Notes: generated by a model from the sequence alone, not told the origin. Counted from the stretch's first letter, positions 17,078-27,662 are shown. The stretch is DNA of 56,944 nucleotides from Crocinitomicaceae bacterium (GCA_044339705.1 JBIIVA010000001.1:1-56944); one strand, 5' to 3'. Made by a program: numbers and translations.

Positions 17078-18535
17078 ATGGCAAAAGAAAATCATTCCGG
17101 ATCTTGGGAATATGCTCCATCATTGGAGTCGACGGCTCACATTCAACTGAAAAAAAGATACGATTTATTCATAGATGGTAAATGGGTAAAACCAACAAGT
17201 GGAAAATACTTCACTTCCATTAATCCAGCGAATGAAGAAGTATTGGCAGAAGTTGCTCATGCAAACGAAGCAGATGTGGATCTTGCAGTGAAAGCCGCTA
17301 GAAAAGCATACACGCATGTTTGGTCCAAAATGGCTGCTTCAGAACGAGCAAAATATATTTATCGAATTGCCCGACTCATGCAAGAACGCGCGCGCGAATT
17401 CGCTGTAATTGAAACATTAGATGCAGGTAAAACAATTAGAGAGTCAAGGGATGTTGATGTTCCTTTAGCTTGTAATCATTTCTTTTATTATGCTGGATGG
17501 GCTGATAAATTGGAATATGCTTTTCCAAATCGCAACGTCAAATCACTCGGTGTTGCGGGACAAATAATTCCTTGGAATTTTCCACTTTTGATGGCTGCTT
17601 GGAAAATCGCCCCAGCTCTTGCAACTGGAAATACAGTTGTTCTAAAACCAGCGGAAACCACACCACTCACGGCTTTGAAATTAGCAGAAATCATCCAAGT
17701 ATCAGGCTTGCCAGCTGGGGTAGTGAATATTGTAACGGGTTACGGTGACACGGGTGCGGCAATTGTCAATCATCCTGACGTAAATAAAATTGCGTTCACA
17801 GGATCGACTGCTGTCGGAAAAATCATTCAAAAAGCAATTGCGGGTACCCACAAAAAAGCCACTTTAGAATTAGGAGGAAAATCAGCCAACATCATTTTCG
17901 ATGATGCACCAATCGATCAAGCAGTGGAAGGAATTGTGAATGGAATTTTCTTTAACCAGGGACATGTCTGCTGTGCTGGATCGCGACTGTTTGTTCAGGA
18001 AAACGTTGCAGATAAAGTTATCCGCAAATTGAAACAGCGCATGGAAAGTTTGTATGTTGGAAATCCACTTGACAAGAACACAGACATTGGCGCTATCAAT
18101 TCGAAAGAGCAACTAGAAACAATCAATAAATATATTCAAATTGGTAAAAACGAGGGAGCGGAAATATATCAGACTAAATGCAAGACTCCCAAAAAAGGAT
18201 TTTATTGCCCTCCAACCATTTTTACGAATGTCGCTCAATCAAATGTAATTGCACAGGAAGAAATTTTTGGGCCGGTATTGACTATCCAAACATTTAGGAC
18301 ATTGGATGAGGTAATTCAAAAAGCAAACAATTCCCCTTACGGTCTTGCTGCAGGAGTTTGGACAGACAAGGGTTCACGAATTTTTAATCTGACAACTAAA
18401 CTTCGTGCCGGAGTTATATGGGCTAATACTTACAATAAATTTGATCCGACCTCTCCATTCGGAGGGTACAAGGAAAGTGGTTTCGGTCGTGAGGGTGGAT
18501 TGCATGGGTTGAGTGGATATGTGAACTTGAGTTAA
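17078..18535 (+). CDS. NAD(P)-dependent aldehyde dehydrogenase
   Basis: This is a full-length ALDH. It has PWNFPLLMAAWK, ELGGKSANIIF (catalytic Glu), FFNQGHVCCAGSR (catalytic Cys) and EEIFGPV. Confidence 0.9.
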   Translation: MAKENHSGSWEYAPSLESTAHIQLKKRYDLFIDGKWVKPTSGKYFTSINPANEEVLAEVAHANEADVDLAVKAARKAYTHVWSKMAASERAKYIYRIARLMQERAREFAVIETLDAGKTIRESRDVDVPLACNHFFYYAGWADKLEYAFPNRNVKSLGVAGQIIPWNFPLLMAAWKIAPALATGNTVVLKPAETTPLTALKLAEIIQVSGLPAGVVNIVTGYGDTGAAIVNHPDVNKIAFTGSTAVGKIIQKAIAGTHKKATLELGGKSANIIFDDAPIDQAVEGIVNGIFFNQGHVCCAGSRLFVQENVADKVIRKLKQRMESLYVGNPLDKNTDIGAINSKEQLETINKYIQIGKNEGAEIYQTKCKTPKKGFYCPPTIFTNVAQSNVIAQEEIFGPVLTIQTFRTLDEVIQKANNSPYGLAAGVWTDKGSRIFNLTTKLRAGVIWANTYNKFDPTSPFGGYKESGFGREGGLHGLSGYVNLS

Positions 18536-18756
18536 AAGTGAAGAACGGAATAGTTGTTAATTGCGAACGCATCTATTGTGGGTTTCTAAATCAATCGTTA
18601 GCAATTTGCATAGCGGAAAGTAGCAGTGAAGTGAATTCTAAGTTAATCCTTTCTCCTAAAATTCTATTATCCTAATATCAATAAGCCTTTAACTCAGCAA
18701 ACCTTGATGTCCAATCAAAAAAATCCAATAATCATTGAGAAGCTGCGTTAAGCAGT

Positions 18757-18764
18757 TAACTTTG
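18757..18764 (+). promoter_or_regulatory. Candidate -7 promoter box (TAACTTTG)
   Basis: Matches TAnnTTTG and ends 6 nt before the ATG at 18771. Confidence 0.25.
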
Positions 18765-18770
18765 CGTTGA

Positions 18771-21404
18771 ATGAAGTTTCTGCACCTATTTATTTTCCTA
18801 TTTTTCTTGCCATTCGCATTTGGTCAAAGTATACGATTGTCTGGAACGTGTGTTGGTAAAAAAAACATTCCTATTTCAGGTGTTTCCATCGAATTAACTA
18901 CAGTAAATAGAGTTCAGAATCAGGTATCAGATACCCTCGGTTTTTATTCTTTTATCGTTCAAGTTGGCGATTCTGTCCAATTAACATTTATCTACGATGA
19001 TTTAAAGGAGGTTAAAAGTTTGTTTATAAAGGAGTCGAATGATCTAAGGCTACCAACCATTTATTTCCCTGTTTTGCCCCAAAAGGAAATCACTTTTTTA
19101 CAATCGAAAGTGGATCCTTTTACTATTGAGAAACTTCCATTAATTGACTTTCAAAAAATATCTGGAGGAGTTGAAAGGGCTTTGGTTTTAACGACTTCCG
19201 CCACATCCAATAATGAGTTAACAAGTAATTACAACGTACGTGGTGGAAATTACGATGAAAACTTAGTTTATGTCAATGGATTTTTGGTTTATCGTCCATT
19301 TCTAACTCGCAGCGGTCAGCAGGAGGGGATGAGTTTCATCCATTCTTCCCTTGTTGAATCCGTGCGATTTTCAGCAGGCGGTTTTGATGCGCAATATGGA
19401 GATAGATTGAGTTCCGTTTTGGACATAACCTACAATACACCCAAAAAATTCCGCGCATCCGGTCTTGCTTCGCTAATGGGGGTTGAAGCCCATGCGGAAC
19501 AGGAAGTTTCTAATAGATTTAATTATTTGGTAGGTGTCCGTTATCGCTCGAATGGTTATTTGTTGAATTCACTTCCAACAAAAGGGTCATACAATCCTGT
19601 TTTCGCAGATGCTCAAATGCTTTTGAATTACAATTTGAATGAAAAATTAACCCTAAGTTTTTTGGGTCATTATTCCAGTAATGATTTTCGTTTTAGTCCT
19701 GAAACAGCTGAAACAGACTTCGGAACCGCCAATGAAGCATATTCTTTTCGCATCTATTTTGATGGGCAAGAAAAAACGCGTTTTCAAACCATGATGGGAG
19801 GTTTGGCTCTTAAGTGGCAGCCAAGTAAACGAACAAAACTTGATTTTTACGCTTCGGCTTTCAATTCGGATGAACGCGAATATTTTGACATTCAAGGACA
19901 ATATTTCATCAATGAACTTGAAACGGATCCGTCCAAAGAAGAATATGGCGACTCAATTGCTGTTTTGGGAGTAGGAACTTTTCTTAATCACGCCAGAAAT
20001 CGATTGAATGCCACTATTTTTAGTATCTATCACAACGGCGAACATCAACTATTTTCAAACTTTACAAATGCTTTAAAACAAACCTTTAAAGTTTCAACCC
20101 TAAAGTGGGGGGTTCAATTTCAGCAGGATCATTTTACGGATGTTCTTAGTGAGTGGAAAATGATTGACTCAGCTGGATATAGCCTGCCTCAGGCCTCTCC
20201 AAATCATGTGGAACTTTTCGAAACAATCAAAGGAAATCTTTCATTATCAACTTATCGTTTGAGTGGATTTGCAAAATTGAACACGAGCTGGTCTTACTTA
20301 AAGAAAGATTACAAAGTCCTGGTTTCTAAGAAAATTAACAAAGGAGACTACAGAGAAGTCAAAACATTTGAAACAATTATTCCTGAATCAAGCAGTAAAT
20401 TCGCTTTAGCGCTGGGTTTAAGGGGCGGATATACTGAAATCAATAATGAACCCTATGTTACTCCTCGAGTTTCGTTCACTTATTTTCCACGCGCATACAT
20501 GGTAAAAGATGATCGAATTGTTCGAAGAAGCATGAGCTATCGATTTTCTACAGGACTTTACTATCAACCTCCTTTTTACCGCGAATTCAGAACCTTTGAT
20601 GGGCAACTTAGAACGAATGTGAAATCTCAAAAATCACTGCATATCGTTGCAGGAACTGATTATTATTTTAATATGTGGGGACGCGAAAAGCCTTTCAAAT
20701 TGACTGGTGAACTATTTTACAAATACTTATGGGATGTAAATCCGTATGAAATCGACAACGTTCGAACGCGCTATTTTGCAGAAAACAATGCCGTTGCATA
20801 CGCTTATGGAGTTGATTTGAATGTTTATGGCGAATTTGTTAAGGGAATCGAGTCGTTTTTCAAGTTGGGAATTTTATCTACTTATGAAGACCTAAAGAAT
20901 GATTCTTACAAGGAATTCTATAATGCGGCAGGAGAAAAAATCATTTTTGGATTTAGTGAAGACCAAGAGGTTGTGGATAGCGCAACGATTTATCCCGGGT
21001 TTATTCCTCGTCCAACTGATCAAATTTTCACCTTTGGAGCTTTAGTTCAGGATCAGATGCCGGGCTTGGAGAATTTTACAGTTCAAATGGGCTTACAGTT
21101 TGGTTCTCCGCTTCCCTATGGTCCGCCTGATAATAATCGTTATAAAGATGTTTTGAGATTGAAGTCTTATTTCAGAGTGGATCTAGGTCTTTCCTATGAT
21201 TTCATGAAAACGAAAAAACAAAAAGTCAATTTTTGGACAAAGAACTTTTCGGATGCAATCATTTCTTTGGAAGTTTTCAACCTTCTTGGAATAAAAAATG
21301 TGCTTTCTAAACAATGGATTCAAGATGTAGAAGGAAGGTATTATTCCATACCAAATTATTTAACTGCAAGACGATTCAATTTGAAGCTCATTGTTCGATT
21401 GTAA
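18771..21404 (+). CDS. TonB-dependent receptor-like outer-membrane protein with an N-terminal carboxypeptidase-regulatory-like domain
   Basis: It has a signal peptide, a CarbopepD_reg-like start (IRLSGTCVGKKNIPISGVSIEL), a plug-like region (NYNVRGGNYDENLVYVNGFLVYRP) and a ~600-aa beta-strand-rich remainder. No SusD-like partner is adjacent. Confidence 0.7.
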   Translation: MKFLHLFIFLFFLPFAFGQSIRLSGTCVGKKNIPISGVSIELTTVNRVQNQVSDTLGFYSFIVQVGDSVQLTFIYDDLKEVKSLFIKESNDLRLPTIYFPVLPQKEITFLQSKVDPFTIEKLPLIDFQKISGGVERALVLTTSATSNNELTSNYNVRGGNYDENLVYVNGFLVYRPFLTRSGQQEGMSFIHSSLVESVRFSAGGFDAQYGDRLSSVLDITYNTPKKFRASGLASLMGVEAHAEQEVSNRFNYLVGVRYRSNGYLLNSLPTKGSYNPVFADAQMLLNYNLNEKLTLSFLGHYSSNDFRFSPETAETDFGTANEAYSFRIYFDGQEKTRFQTMMGGLALKWQPSKRTKLDFYASAFNSDEREYFDIQGQYFINELETDPSKEEYGDSIAVLGVGTFLNHARNRLNATIFSIYHNGEHQLFSNFTNALKQTFKVSTLKWGVQFQQDHFTDVLSEWKMIDSAGYSLPQASPNHVELFETIKGNLSLSTYRLSGFAKLNTSWSYLKKDYKVLVSKKINKGDYREVKTFETIIPESSSKFALALGLRGGYTEINNEPYVTPRVSFTYFPRAYMVKDDRIVRRSMSYRFSTGLYYQPPFYREFRTFDGQLRTNVKSQKSLHIVAGTDYYFNMWGREKPFKLTGELFYKYLWDVNPYEIDNVRTRYFAENNAVAYAYGVDLNVYGEFVKGIESFFKLGILSTYEDLKNDSYKEFYNAAGEKIIFGFSEDQEVVDSATIYPGFIPRPTDQIFTFGALVQDQMPGLENFTVQMGLQFGSPLPYGPPDNNRYKDVLRLKSYFRVDLGLSYDFMKTKKQKVNFWTKNFSDAIISLEVFNLLGIKNVLSKQWIQDVEGRYYSIPNYLTARRFNLKLIVRL

Positions 21405-21485
21405 GTTGCTGCAAATAGATCATTATTCTTACAGTTAAGTTTATTTTTCTTATCGTTTATACTACCAAAGAGAAAATTCAATGAA

Positions 21486-22478
21486 CTAAAACGCTGGAAA
21501 ATTAGGTTTGTTTTCCAGAATCAGTTCTATTCGTTCTAAAACAGCATCAGTAAGTTTTTCTTGAGCATCCAATGATTTTAGATTTTCGGTAAGTTGGGAT
21601 TCTTTGCTAGCCCCAAGAATAACCGTGCTCACGTTTGGGTTTTTTAAGCACCAAGCCAAACTCATGATGGGAAGTGAAAGCCCTATTTCTCCTGCTAAAT
21701 CAGTCAACTTTTTCGTGACATTAATTTTTTCTATGGTAATGTTTTTTTCCTTCAACCATTCCAGTCCTTCTATGCCAAGACGTGTATCCGAAGGGAATTG
21801 ATCATTGTATTTCCCACTCAAAAGACCACTTGCTAAAGGAGACCAAATGGTTGTTCCCAATCCTACGGTTTTATAAATTTGAGAAAACTCGACTTCCACC
21901 TTATGACGACTAAACATATTATATTCCGGTTGTTCGACGATTGGACCTATCAGGTGGTTTTGTTTTGCGAAAAGATGTGCCTCCATAATTTCTTGTGCGC
22001 TCCATTCAGACGTTCCCCAATAAAGGATCTTTCCCTGCATAATTAGTTGGTGCATGGCCCAAACCGTTTCTTCAATGGGCGTTTTCTTATCAGGTCGGTG
22101 GCAGAAAAACAAATCCAAGTAATCCAACTGGAATCGTTCCAAAGCTTGATGACAACCTTCAAAAATATGTTTTCTGCTCAATCCTTTCTGGGTTGGAAGT
22201 TGTCCCCCAGTCCCAAAAAAAACTTTTCCACTCACAATATAACTGTCGCGAGACCAATTTTTCTTTTTTAGAATGCGCCCCATCACTCGCTCACTTTCAC
22301 CACGAGAGTATATTTCGGCATTGTCGAAAAAATTTATACCACGTTCATAGGCAATATCCATTAATCGTTCAGCCACATCATCACCGATTTGTTTGCCGAA
22401 TGTTAACCAAGAACCAAGAGATAAGCGAGAGATTTGTAATCCTGATTTCCCCAAATTGTTGTAATGCATTTCACTCAT
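21486..22478 (-). CDS. Aldo/keto reductase (Kv-beta-subunit-like subfamily)
   Basis: Motifs are YNNLGKSGLQISRLSLGSWLTFG, FFDNAEIYSRGESE and WGTSEWSAQEI. Length is 330 aa. Its start overlaps the EamA gene's stop region by 8 nt. Confidence 0.85.
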   Translation of the reverse strand: MSEMHYNNLGKSGLQISRLSLGSWLTFGKQIGDDVAERLMDIAYERGINFFDNAEIYSRGESERVMGRILKKKNWSRDSYIVSGKVFFGTGGQLPTQKGLSRKHIFEGCHQALERFQLDYLDLFFCHRPDKKTPIEETVWAMHQLIMQGKILYWGTSEWSAQEIMEAHLFAKQNHLIGPIVEQPEYNMFSRHKVEVEFSQIYKTVGLGTTIWSPLASGLLSGKYNDQFPSDTRLGIEGLEWLKEKNITIEKINVTKKLTDLAGEIGLSLPIMSLAWCLKNPNVSTVILGASKESQLTENLKSLDAQEKLTDAVLERIELILENKPNFPAF

Positions 22479-23379
22479 TATTAGTTGTTTTAGTTGTTAA
22501 TTGATTGTTTTGCAAATGCTTTATAATTCCATTGATTATTACCACTAGAATGATAATGACCGAACCAATGTAAAAATTTGAATTCAACAATTTGTGCTCT
22601 TTCAAAATGAAAATAGCCAATAAAATAGTATATACAGGTTCTAGGTTGATACTCAATGATACTGTGAAGGCTCCCAACCTTTTCACAATATCTATGGTTA
22701 CTAAAAAAGCGAAGGAAGTGCAAAGAATTCCCAAGAAAAGCAACCACCCCAAATCTGATAATGTCATTTCAAAAGCTTGTGAATTCAATCTTCCAGTCAA
22801 AAGAAGAAAAACCGAAATGCCTATAAAACCCGTAGATAATTCATAAAACGATAAGTGCGTAGAGGGAACATCTTGAACCAATCTTCCGTTGAAAACGGAG
22901 AACATTGCTGCAAGAAGTGCGGAAGTTAATCCAATATACAAGGCTTTTAATTCATTTGCCGTAAAATCACCTGAAACATAGTATATGCCATAAATAACCA
23001 TGGCTCCCATTAAAAATTCAAGCCATGAAAAATTGCGCTTCATAACGATAGGTTCGAGCCAAGTAACATGAAGGGTTGTTGTGGAAAGGCATAAAATTCC
23101 TAAAGACGCAGTTGACAATTGAATAGCATAATAAAAAGTCAACCAGTGACTTGCTACAATCAAACCAACTACGGCAATTTTCCACCCATGTTTGCGCTCA
23201 ACTTTAAAGGATTTTTTGGTTATAAGAAAGAAGCAGGCTAAGAAAGCTGCCGCAATAAATACACGATACCAAACAATTAAGACAGCCTCTAAATGAATGA
23301 GTTTACCCAAAATTCCGGTAAACCCCCACATAAATATGATGAGGTGAAGAAGAAAATGGTATTTATATTTCTCAAACAA
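22471..23379 (-). CDS. EamA/DMT family transporter
   Basis: 302 aa with about 10 hydrophobic helices in two similar halves. The apparent start is a TTG, 3 nt after the upstream stop. Confidence 0.75.
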   Translation of the reverse strand: MFEKYKYHFLLHLIIFMWGFTGILGKLIHLEAVLIVWYRVFIAAAFLACFFLITKKSFKVERKHGWKIAVVGLIVASHWLTFYYAIQLSTASLGILCLSTTTLHVTWLEPIVMKRNFSWLEFLMGAMVIYGIYYVSGDFTANELKALYIGLTSALLAAMFSVFNGRLVQDVPSTHLSFYELSTGFIGISVFLLLTGRLNSQAFEMTLSDLGWLLFLGILCTSFAFLVTIDIVKRLGAFTVSLSINLEPVYTILLAIFILKEHKLLNSNFYIGSVIIILVVIINGIIKHLQNNQLTTKTTNNE

Positions 23380-23382
23380 GAA

Positions 23383-24225
23383 CTATTTCTTCTTGCTCCA
23401 TTCTTCTATGGAAACCTTGTTCATTCTCACATAGTTATTGTCACCCTCTTTTTCTGCAGCCGAAATTGATTTCTTCGCTGTTTCAATAGCACCTTTGTAA
23501 TCTCCATTTGCAGCTTGAAGCTGAGCCATTAACCGAGAAATCCAATAAGCTTCAGGACGCATCTCAACTGCTTTCGCACACCAAACTAATGCTTGCTTCG
23601 TATCTAATTTTTCTTGGAAATAATAACTTGCAGCTGAATAGTAATCACCGGCAGTTGGGCCATCCATAGTCTTCTTAATGCTAGCTAAAACTTTGTCTTT
23701 TGTGTTGAGTGTAAAAGGAATGTTTATCCGTGTTTTATCCCATGAGAATTGCAGTATAGCACCTGAATTGTGCATGTTGTCAATGGAAATGGTTAGATTC
23801 TCTACAACGTCACCCAGAGCGACAACAGGAGCAGTAATTTTCAATGCCACTTTCTGTTCATCCCACTTATCAGGTGTTCCCCAATTGGTAGTTTCTGTAT
23901 AGAAAAATACCTCCCAATTATCCTTGTTAGGCTTTGTAAATATAGCATAAGTTCCGGCCTTTAGCGTGTCTTTCCCAAAAATCAACAACTCCGAAGAAGT
24001 GATTTTTGTATTTTCATTCGCTCCAAATCGCCAAAGTTCACCAAAAGGAACAACTTCTCCAAAGATAACGCGGTCTTTTTTGCCCGGTCTCGAATAGGAA
24101 ATAGAAATATCAGCTAATCCAACTTTTTGTTCGATTTTAGCCAATGGGCTGGCCTTTGGTGTAGTTATTTGAGCATTATAATTAAATGCAATTAAAGTTA
24201 ATGTTGCAAGAAAAATTCTTTTCAT
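23383..24225 (-). CDS. DUF2911-like secreted protein with a C-terminal TPR-like region
   Basis: It has a signal peptide. RPGKKDRVIFGEVVPFGELWRFGANENTKITS resembles the DUF2911 core. The C-terminal region is helical repeats (ALVWCAKAVEMRPEAYW...GDYKGAIETAKKS). Confidence 0.6.
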   Translation of the reverse strand: MKRIFLATLTLIAFNYNAQITTPKASPLAKIEQKVGLADISISYSRPGKKDRVIFGEVVPFGELWRFGANENTKITSSELLIFGKDTLKAGTYAIFTKPNKDNWEVFFYTETTNWGTPDKWDEQKVALKITAPVVALGDVVENLTISIDNMHNSGAILQFSWDKTRINIPFTLNTKDKVLASIKKTMDGPTAGDYYSAASYYFQEKLDTKQALVWCAKAVEMRPEAYWISRLMAQLQAANGDYKGAIETAKKSISAAEKEGDNNYVRMNKVSIEEWSKKK

Positions 24226-24429
24226 AAAAATAGTTTAGACTTCAAAATTAGCTTTTAAAACAAATTGAATACTAAAAAGTTTCACATTCAAAGTTGATCG
24301 GGTGCGAATAAAAGAACTGCCGAATAAAATTACTATTTTTGGTAAGTGGAACATTGGAGATGTTTACTAAATAACTCAAGATATAAAATCGACGAATGTT
24401 TCCTGTAAGTTCTTCAAATAAATGATAAA

Positions 24430-25311
24430 ATGACAAGGTTGGAAATATTAAAAACATATAAAATATACCTGGGAGGACAGTTCCCGAGAACAGAATCTGG
24501 AAGGTACTATACGCCGTTAGATGAAAAAGGAAAGCCTTTAGCAAATATATGTTTGTCATCTCGAAAAGACGTACGAAACGCTGTTGTTTTTGCAAGAAAA
24601 GCATTTGGTTCTTGGGCGGAGCGATCGGCATTTAATCGCGGACAGATTTTATATCGCATTGCTGAAATGCTCGAGGGTAGGAGAGAGCAATTCATTCATG
24701 AATTAACCAGCCAAGGCCTAACGAAAGCAAATGCATTAAAGGAAGTGAATTTGAGTATCGACAGAATTGTGTATTATGCCGGCTGGTGTGATAAATACAA
24801 CCAAGTATTGAGTTCTGTTAATCCTGTTAGTTCAACACATTTCAATTTCACTAGCTTTGAACCGATGGGTATTGTTGGCATAATTGCAGAGCAAAGTACT
24901 TCGTTGATTGGATTAGTTTCAATGCTTCTTCCAACCATATGCGGTGGTAATACGGCCGTTGTATTAGCCCCAGAAAAATTACCACTATGCGCTATTACTT
25001 TTGCTGAAGTTTTGAACTCGTCTGATGTTCCCGGAGGTGTTGTCAACATTTTGACTGGTTCAATTAGTGAAATGGCACCAACACTTGCATCTCATATGGA
25101 CGTGAACGCGTTGATTGTCTCACATTTGGAGGAGAACCTAAAAACAAATTTATTTATTGATGCTGCAGCTAATTTAAAACGCACTTTCGAATTTAGTGCT
25201 GAATGGAATAAAATCGAAGCGCAAGGATTGTATTACATTTCTGATTTACAAGAGATTAAAACCACCTGGCACCCTATCGAACATATTGGTGGCGCGACTA
25301 GTTCTTATTAG
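24430..25311 (+). CDS. Aldehyde dehydrogenase-like protein lacking the catalytic domain
   Basis: 293 aa. The N-terminal 250 aa align by eye with the ALDH NAD-binding domain (RGQILYRIAEMLEGRREQF, YYAGWCDKY, EPMGIVGII, PGGVVNILTG). The sequence ends where ELGGK should begin. There is no catalytic Glu or Cys segment. The last residues (LQEIKTTWHPI) resemble the ALDH C-terminal oligomerisation strand. Confidence 0.7.
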   Translation: MTRLEILKTYKIYLGGQFPRTESGRYYTPLDEKGKPLANICLSSRKDVRNAVVFARKAFGSWAERSAFNRGQILYRIAEMLEGRREQFIHELTSQGLTKANALKEVNLSIDRIVYYAGWCDKYNQVLSSVNPVSSTHFNFTSFEPMGIVGIIAEQSTSLIGLVSMLLPTICGGNTAVVLAPEKLPLCAITFAEVLNSSDVPGGVVNILTGSISEMAPTLASHMDVNALIVSHLEENLKTNLFIDAAANLKRTFEFSAEWNKIEAQGLYYISDLQEIKTTWHPIEHIGGATSSY

Positions 25312-25497
25312 TTCTTCTTGATTTACATCAGTTAGAGTTAGCTTCAAAAAACGAAATTCCTATTTTGAATAAATTATAACTCTAATTTCCATGCTATGGA
25401 CAGGCTATTTTTGATGTCTTTTGGGGAAATTATGCGTCTTTATTATAGGATTTTTTTAATTGGATAACCATCAAGTGCTATTATTAAATGACTGATG

Positions 25498-25533
25498 ATA
25501 AAAACAAAAAATCCAGCTCTATGAACTGGATTT
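25498..25533 (-). terminator. Rho-independent terminator downstream of the S8 peptidase gene
   Basis: The minus strand reads AAATCCAG-ttcatagag-CTGGATTT followed by TTTGTTTTT. It lies 20 nt after the stop at 25554. Confidence 0.65.
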
Positions 25534-25553
25534 TCGTTTGTTATGATTTCCAT

Positions 25554-27662
25554 TTATTGAACGATTAATTTTTGAGTATGGATGTTATTTTGGAAATCGA
25601 TTACTTGAATATGGTAAATACCCTGAGCTAAATTTTCCAGATTAATTTGATCCATTTGCCCAATTTCTTGGTTGTTGATTACTTGTCCGTTTGCATTTAA
25701 AATATTTATTGTTTTTGCATTTCCGTTCCATTTTACAGTTGCGTTTTCTGTTGCAGGGTTCGGATAAACAATCAATTCAACTGTTTCGATTTCAATTTGT
25801 CCGGCTGTTTGATTTTCGGTTGTTATTTCATATACGATGAAGCTAAGCGCATTGCCGTTGTTGTAAATTGGAAGTATTTGGTTCCCAGTGCTAGTGGTTG
25901 TGTCGGTTCCATTATCATTGCCTGTCGTATCATCACCAACAGGGGTGTCATTTCCGTTGTTCGTGTCAGTAGTATCAGAGTCAGTGTTGTTGTTAGTTGT
26001 ATCAACAAAAGTTGCAACGAAGAACGTTTTTCCAACCAAGCAACCACTAGCAGTTTGTAAGTTAAGCGCATATTCACCGCCGGCTAATCCAAAGATATCT
26101 TCTGTTGTAGCACCGTTGCTCCACTCGTAGCTAAGAACGCTGTCTCCAGTGAAAGCAATGTCAATACTTCCATCATTTGCGCCAGCATTAGATTCATTTG
26201 TAATCGTTGGAATCAAAGAAATACTAGCGTAGCTTAATGTGGCAGTTAATGAGTCCATTCGGCAATTGCTCGCATCAGTAACAACCACAGAATAAGTTCC
26301 TGCTGTTAAATTGTTGATTGTCGCAGTAGTATCACCGTTATTCCAAAGAATAGTATAAGGTGCAGTGCCACCTAAGATCTCTAAAGCGATAGTGCCAGCA
26401 TTTGGATCACAACCTGCGTTAACAGTAGTGTTAATTACTAATTTGTTGTAATCTTTTGCCATATTAACCGCCGCTGCAGCATCTAATCTTCCGGCACCAA
26501 GTAAACCGGCGTAACTAGGATTCAATGCATCAAGGTTGAAAGCTGTTTGCTTTAAAATGAATTCGATATCTTCACTAAACAAGCAAGGATTTACAGCCAT
26601 CATTAAAGCTACTGTTCCAGAAACAAATGGCGCCGCAAAAGAAGTTCCATTACCTGTTGAATATAATCCAGGCGCTGTGCTTAATGAAACATCATAACCA
26701 GGTGCACACAAATCAACAGATGCATTGTGCTGATGCGTCGTAGAAGGGTCACCGATGGTTTTTTCGTGGTTGTTGTTTTGACCGATGCTTGTTACAGCGA
26801 AAACGTGTTGGTAAGCAGCAGGATAAACTAAGTTAGAAGCAGCTCCACAAGTTGTTCCGTTTCCAGCCGAAGCAACAATGAAAGTTCCGTTCGCATACAC
26901 CTCATCTATTGCAGCTTGAACATATGGATTGAAAGTACATCCAGAAGCCCAGCTTAAGTTTACAACTTTACATCCGGCATAAGAAGCAGCTAAAACATCG
27001 TTGTAGTTCATGCGGTAAAGACTTAAAGATGTATTGTATCCAATAGAACTTTTACCTGTTGCATTGTTTGTGTTCCCTGCAGCAGTAATTGCAACAGCAG
27101 TTCCATGCGTTTTAGTAGCAGTATTTGTAGCATCGTAATAGTTGAATTTTCCAACCAACTCTTCATGCTCAGCGTAGAAGTTTTGGTCAGAAACACCGAT
27201 TCTGATTTCAGAGTTACCATGAGTCAAATCCCACGCAGCGTTGGCGTTAATTAAATCTAAAGCATAATCAGTACCAAAAACAGCGTTGTAGTCATTTGGC
27301 ATATCTAATGTTTGATAAACAGGAGCATTTTCTACTCGTTTAACCAAATTTGCTTTAGTGGTCAGGTCACTTATTAATGTGTTTTGATCACAAGCACAAG
27401 TAAGTTCAACAACTTGATTCAATTCTTCTTTTCTAGAATTAGAAAGCGGACGAGCAACGCCACTAATATTGTATTTTGAAATCAATTCATTCATCGCATC
27501 ATTGGAGGAAACTAAAATTCCTCTTTCATTCAAACTAGGAACAGAAGCATTGTTCACGAATGAAACCCAAACTTTCGCTTCATTGTTTTGTCCAAATGCA
27601 AATGAGCTTACAATAGTTGCTGCTGATAAAATGATTGATTTGAAATTGATCGTTGCTTTCAT
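25554..27662 (-). CDS. S8 (subtilisin) family peptidase with SprB-type repeats and a T9SS type A C-terminal sorting domain
   Basis: The catalytic triad contexts are GVSDQNF (Asp), HGTAVA (His) and GTSFAAPFVSG (Ser). Two SprB-like repeats are present (GGTAPYTILWNNGDTTATINNLTAGTYSVVVTDASNC). A Thr/Asn/Asp linker follows, then a Por tail (LIVYPNPATENATVKW...). The ATG at 27662 gives the signal peptide MKATINFKSIILSAATIVSSFAFGQ. Confidence 0.85.
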   Translation of the reverse strand: MKATINFKSIILSAATIVSSFAFGQNNEAKVWVSFVNNASVPSLNERGILVSSNDAMNELISKYNISGVARPLSNSRKEELNQVVELTCACDQNTLISDLTTKANLVKRVENAPVYQTLDMPNDYNAVFGTDYALDLINANAAWDLTHGNSEIRIGVSDQNFYAEHEELVGKFNYYDATNTATKTHGTAVAITAAGNTNNATGKSSIGYNTSLSLYRMNYNDVLAASYAGCKVVNLSWASGCTFNPYVQAAIDEVYANGTFIVASAGNGTTCGAASNLVYPAAYQHVFAVTSIGQNNNHEKTIGDPSTTHQHNASVDLCAPGYDVSLSTAPGLYSTGNGTSFAAPFVSGTVALMMAVNPCLFSEDIEFILKQTAFNLDALNPSYAGLLGAGRLDAAAAVNMAKDYNKLVINTTVNAGCDPNAGTIALEILGGTAPYTILWNNGDTTATINNLTAGTYSVVVTDASNCRMDSLTATLSYASISLIPTITNESNAGANDGSIDIAFTGDSVLSYEWSNGATTEDIFGLAGGEYALNLQTASGCLVGKTFFVATFVDTTNNNTDSDTTDTNNGNDTPVGDDTTGNDNGTDTTTSTGNQILPIYNNGNALSFIVYEITTENQTAGQIEIETVELIVYPNPATENATVKWNGNAKTINILNANGQVINNQEIGQMDQINLENLAQGIYHIQVIDFQNNIHTQKLIVQ

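Noticed and set aside
18536-18770. Possible riboswitch upstream of the TonB-dependent receptor
   Set aside because: I looked for cobalamin (B12 box) and TPP (CUGAGA) cores and found neither. A -7 box lies right next to the start codon, which argues against a long leader.
24272-24631. 119-aa minus-strand ORF
   Set aside because: It overlaps the start of the ALDH-like gene in antisense. It is a hydrophobic, low-information sequence with no homology features.
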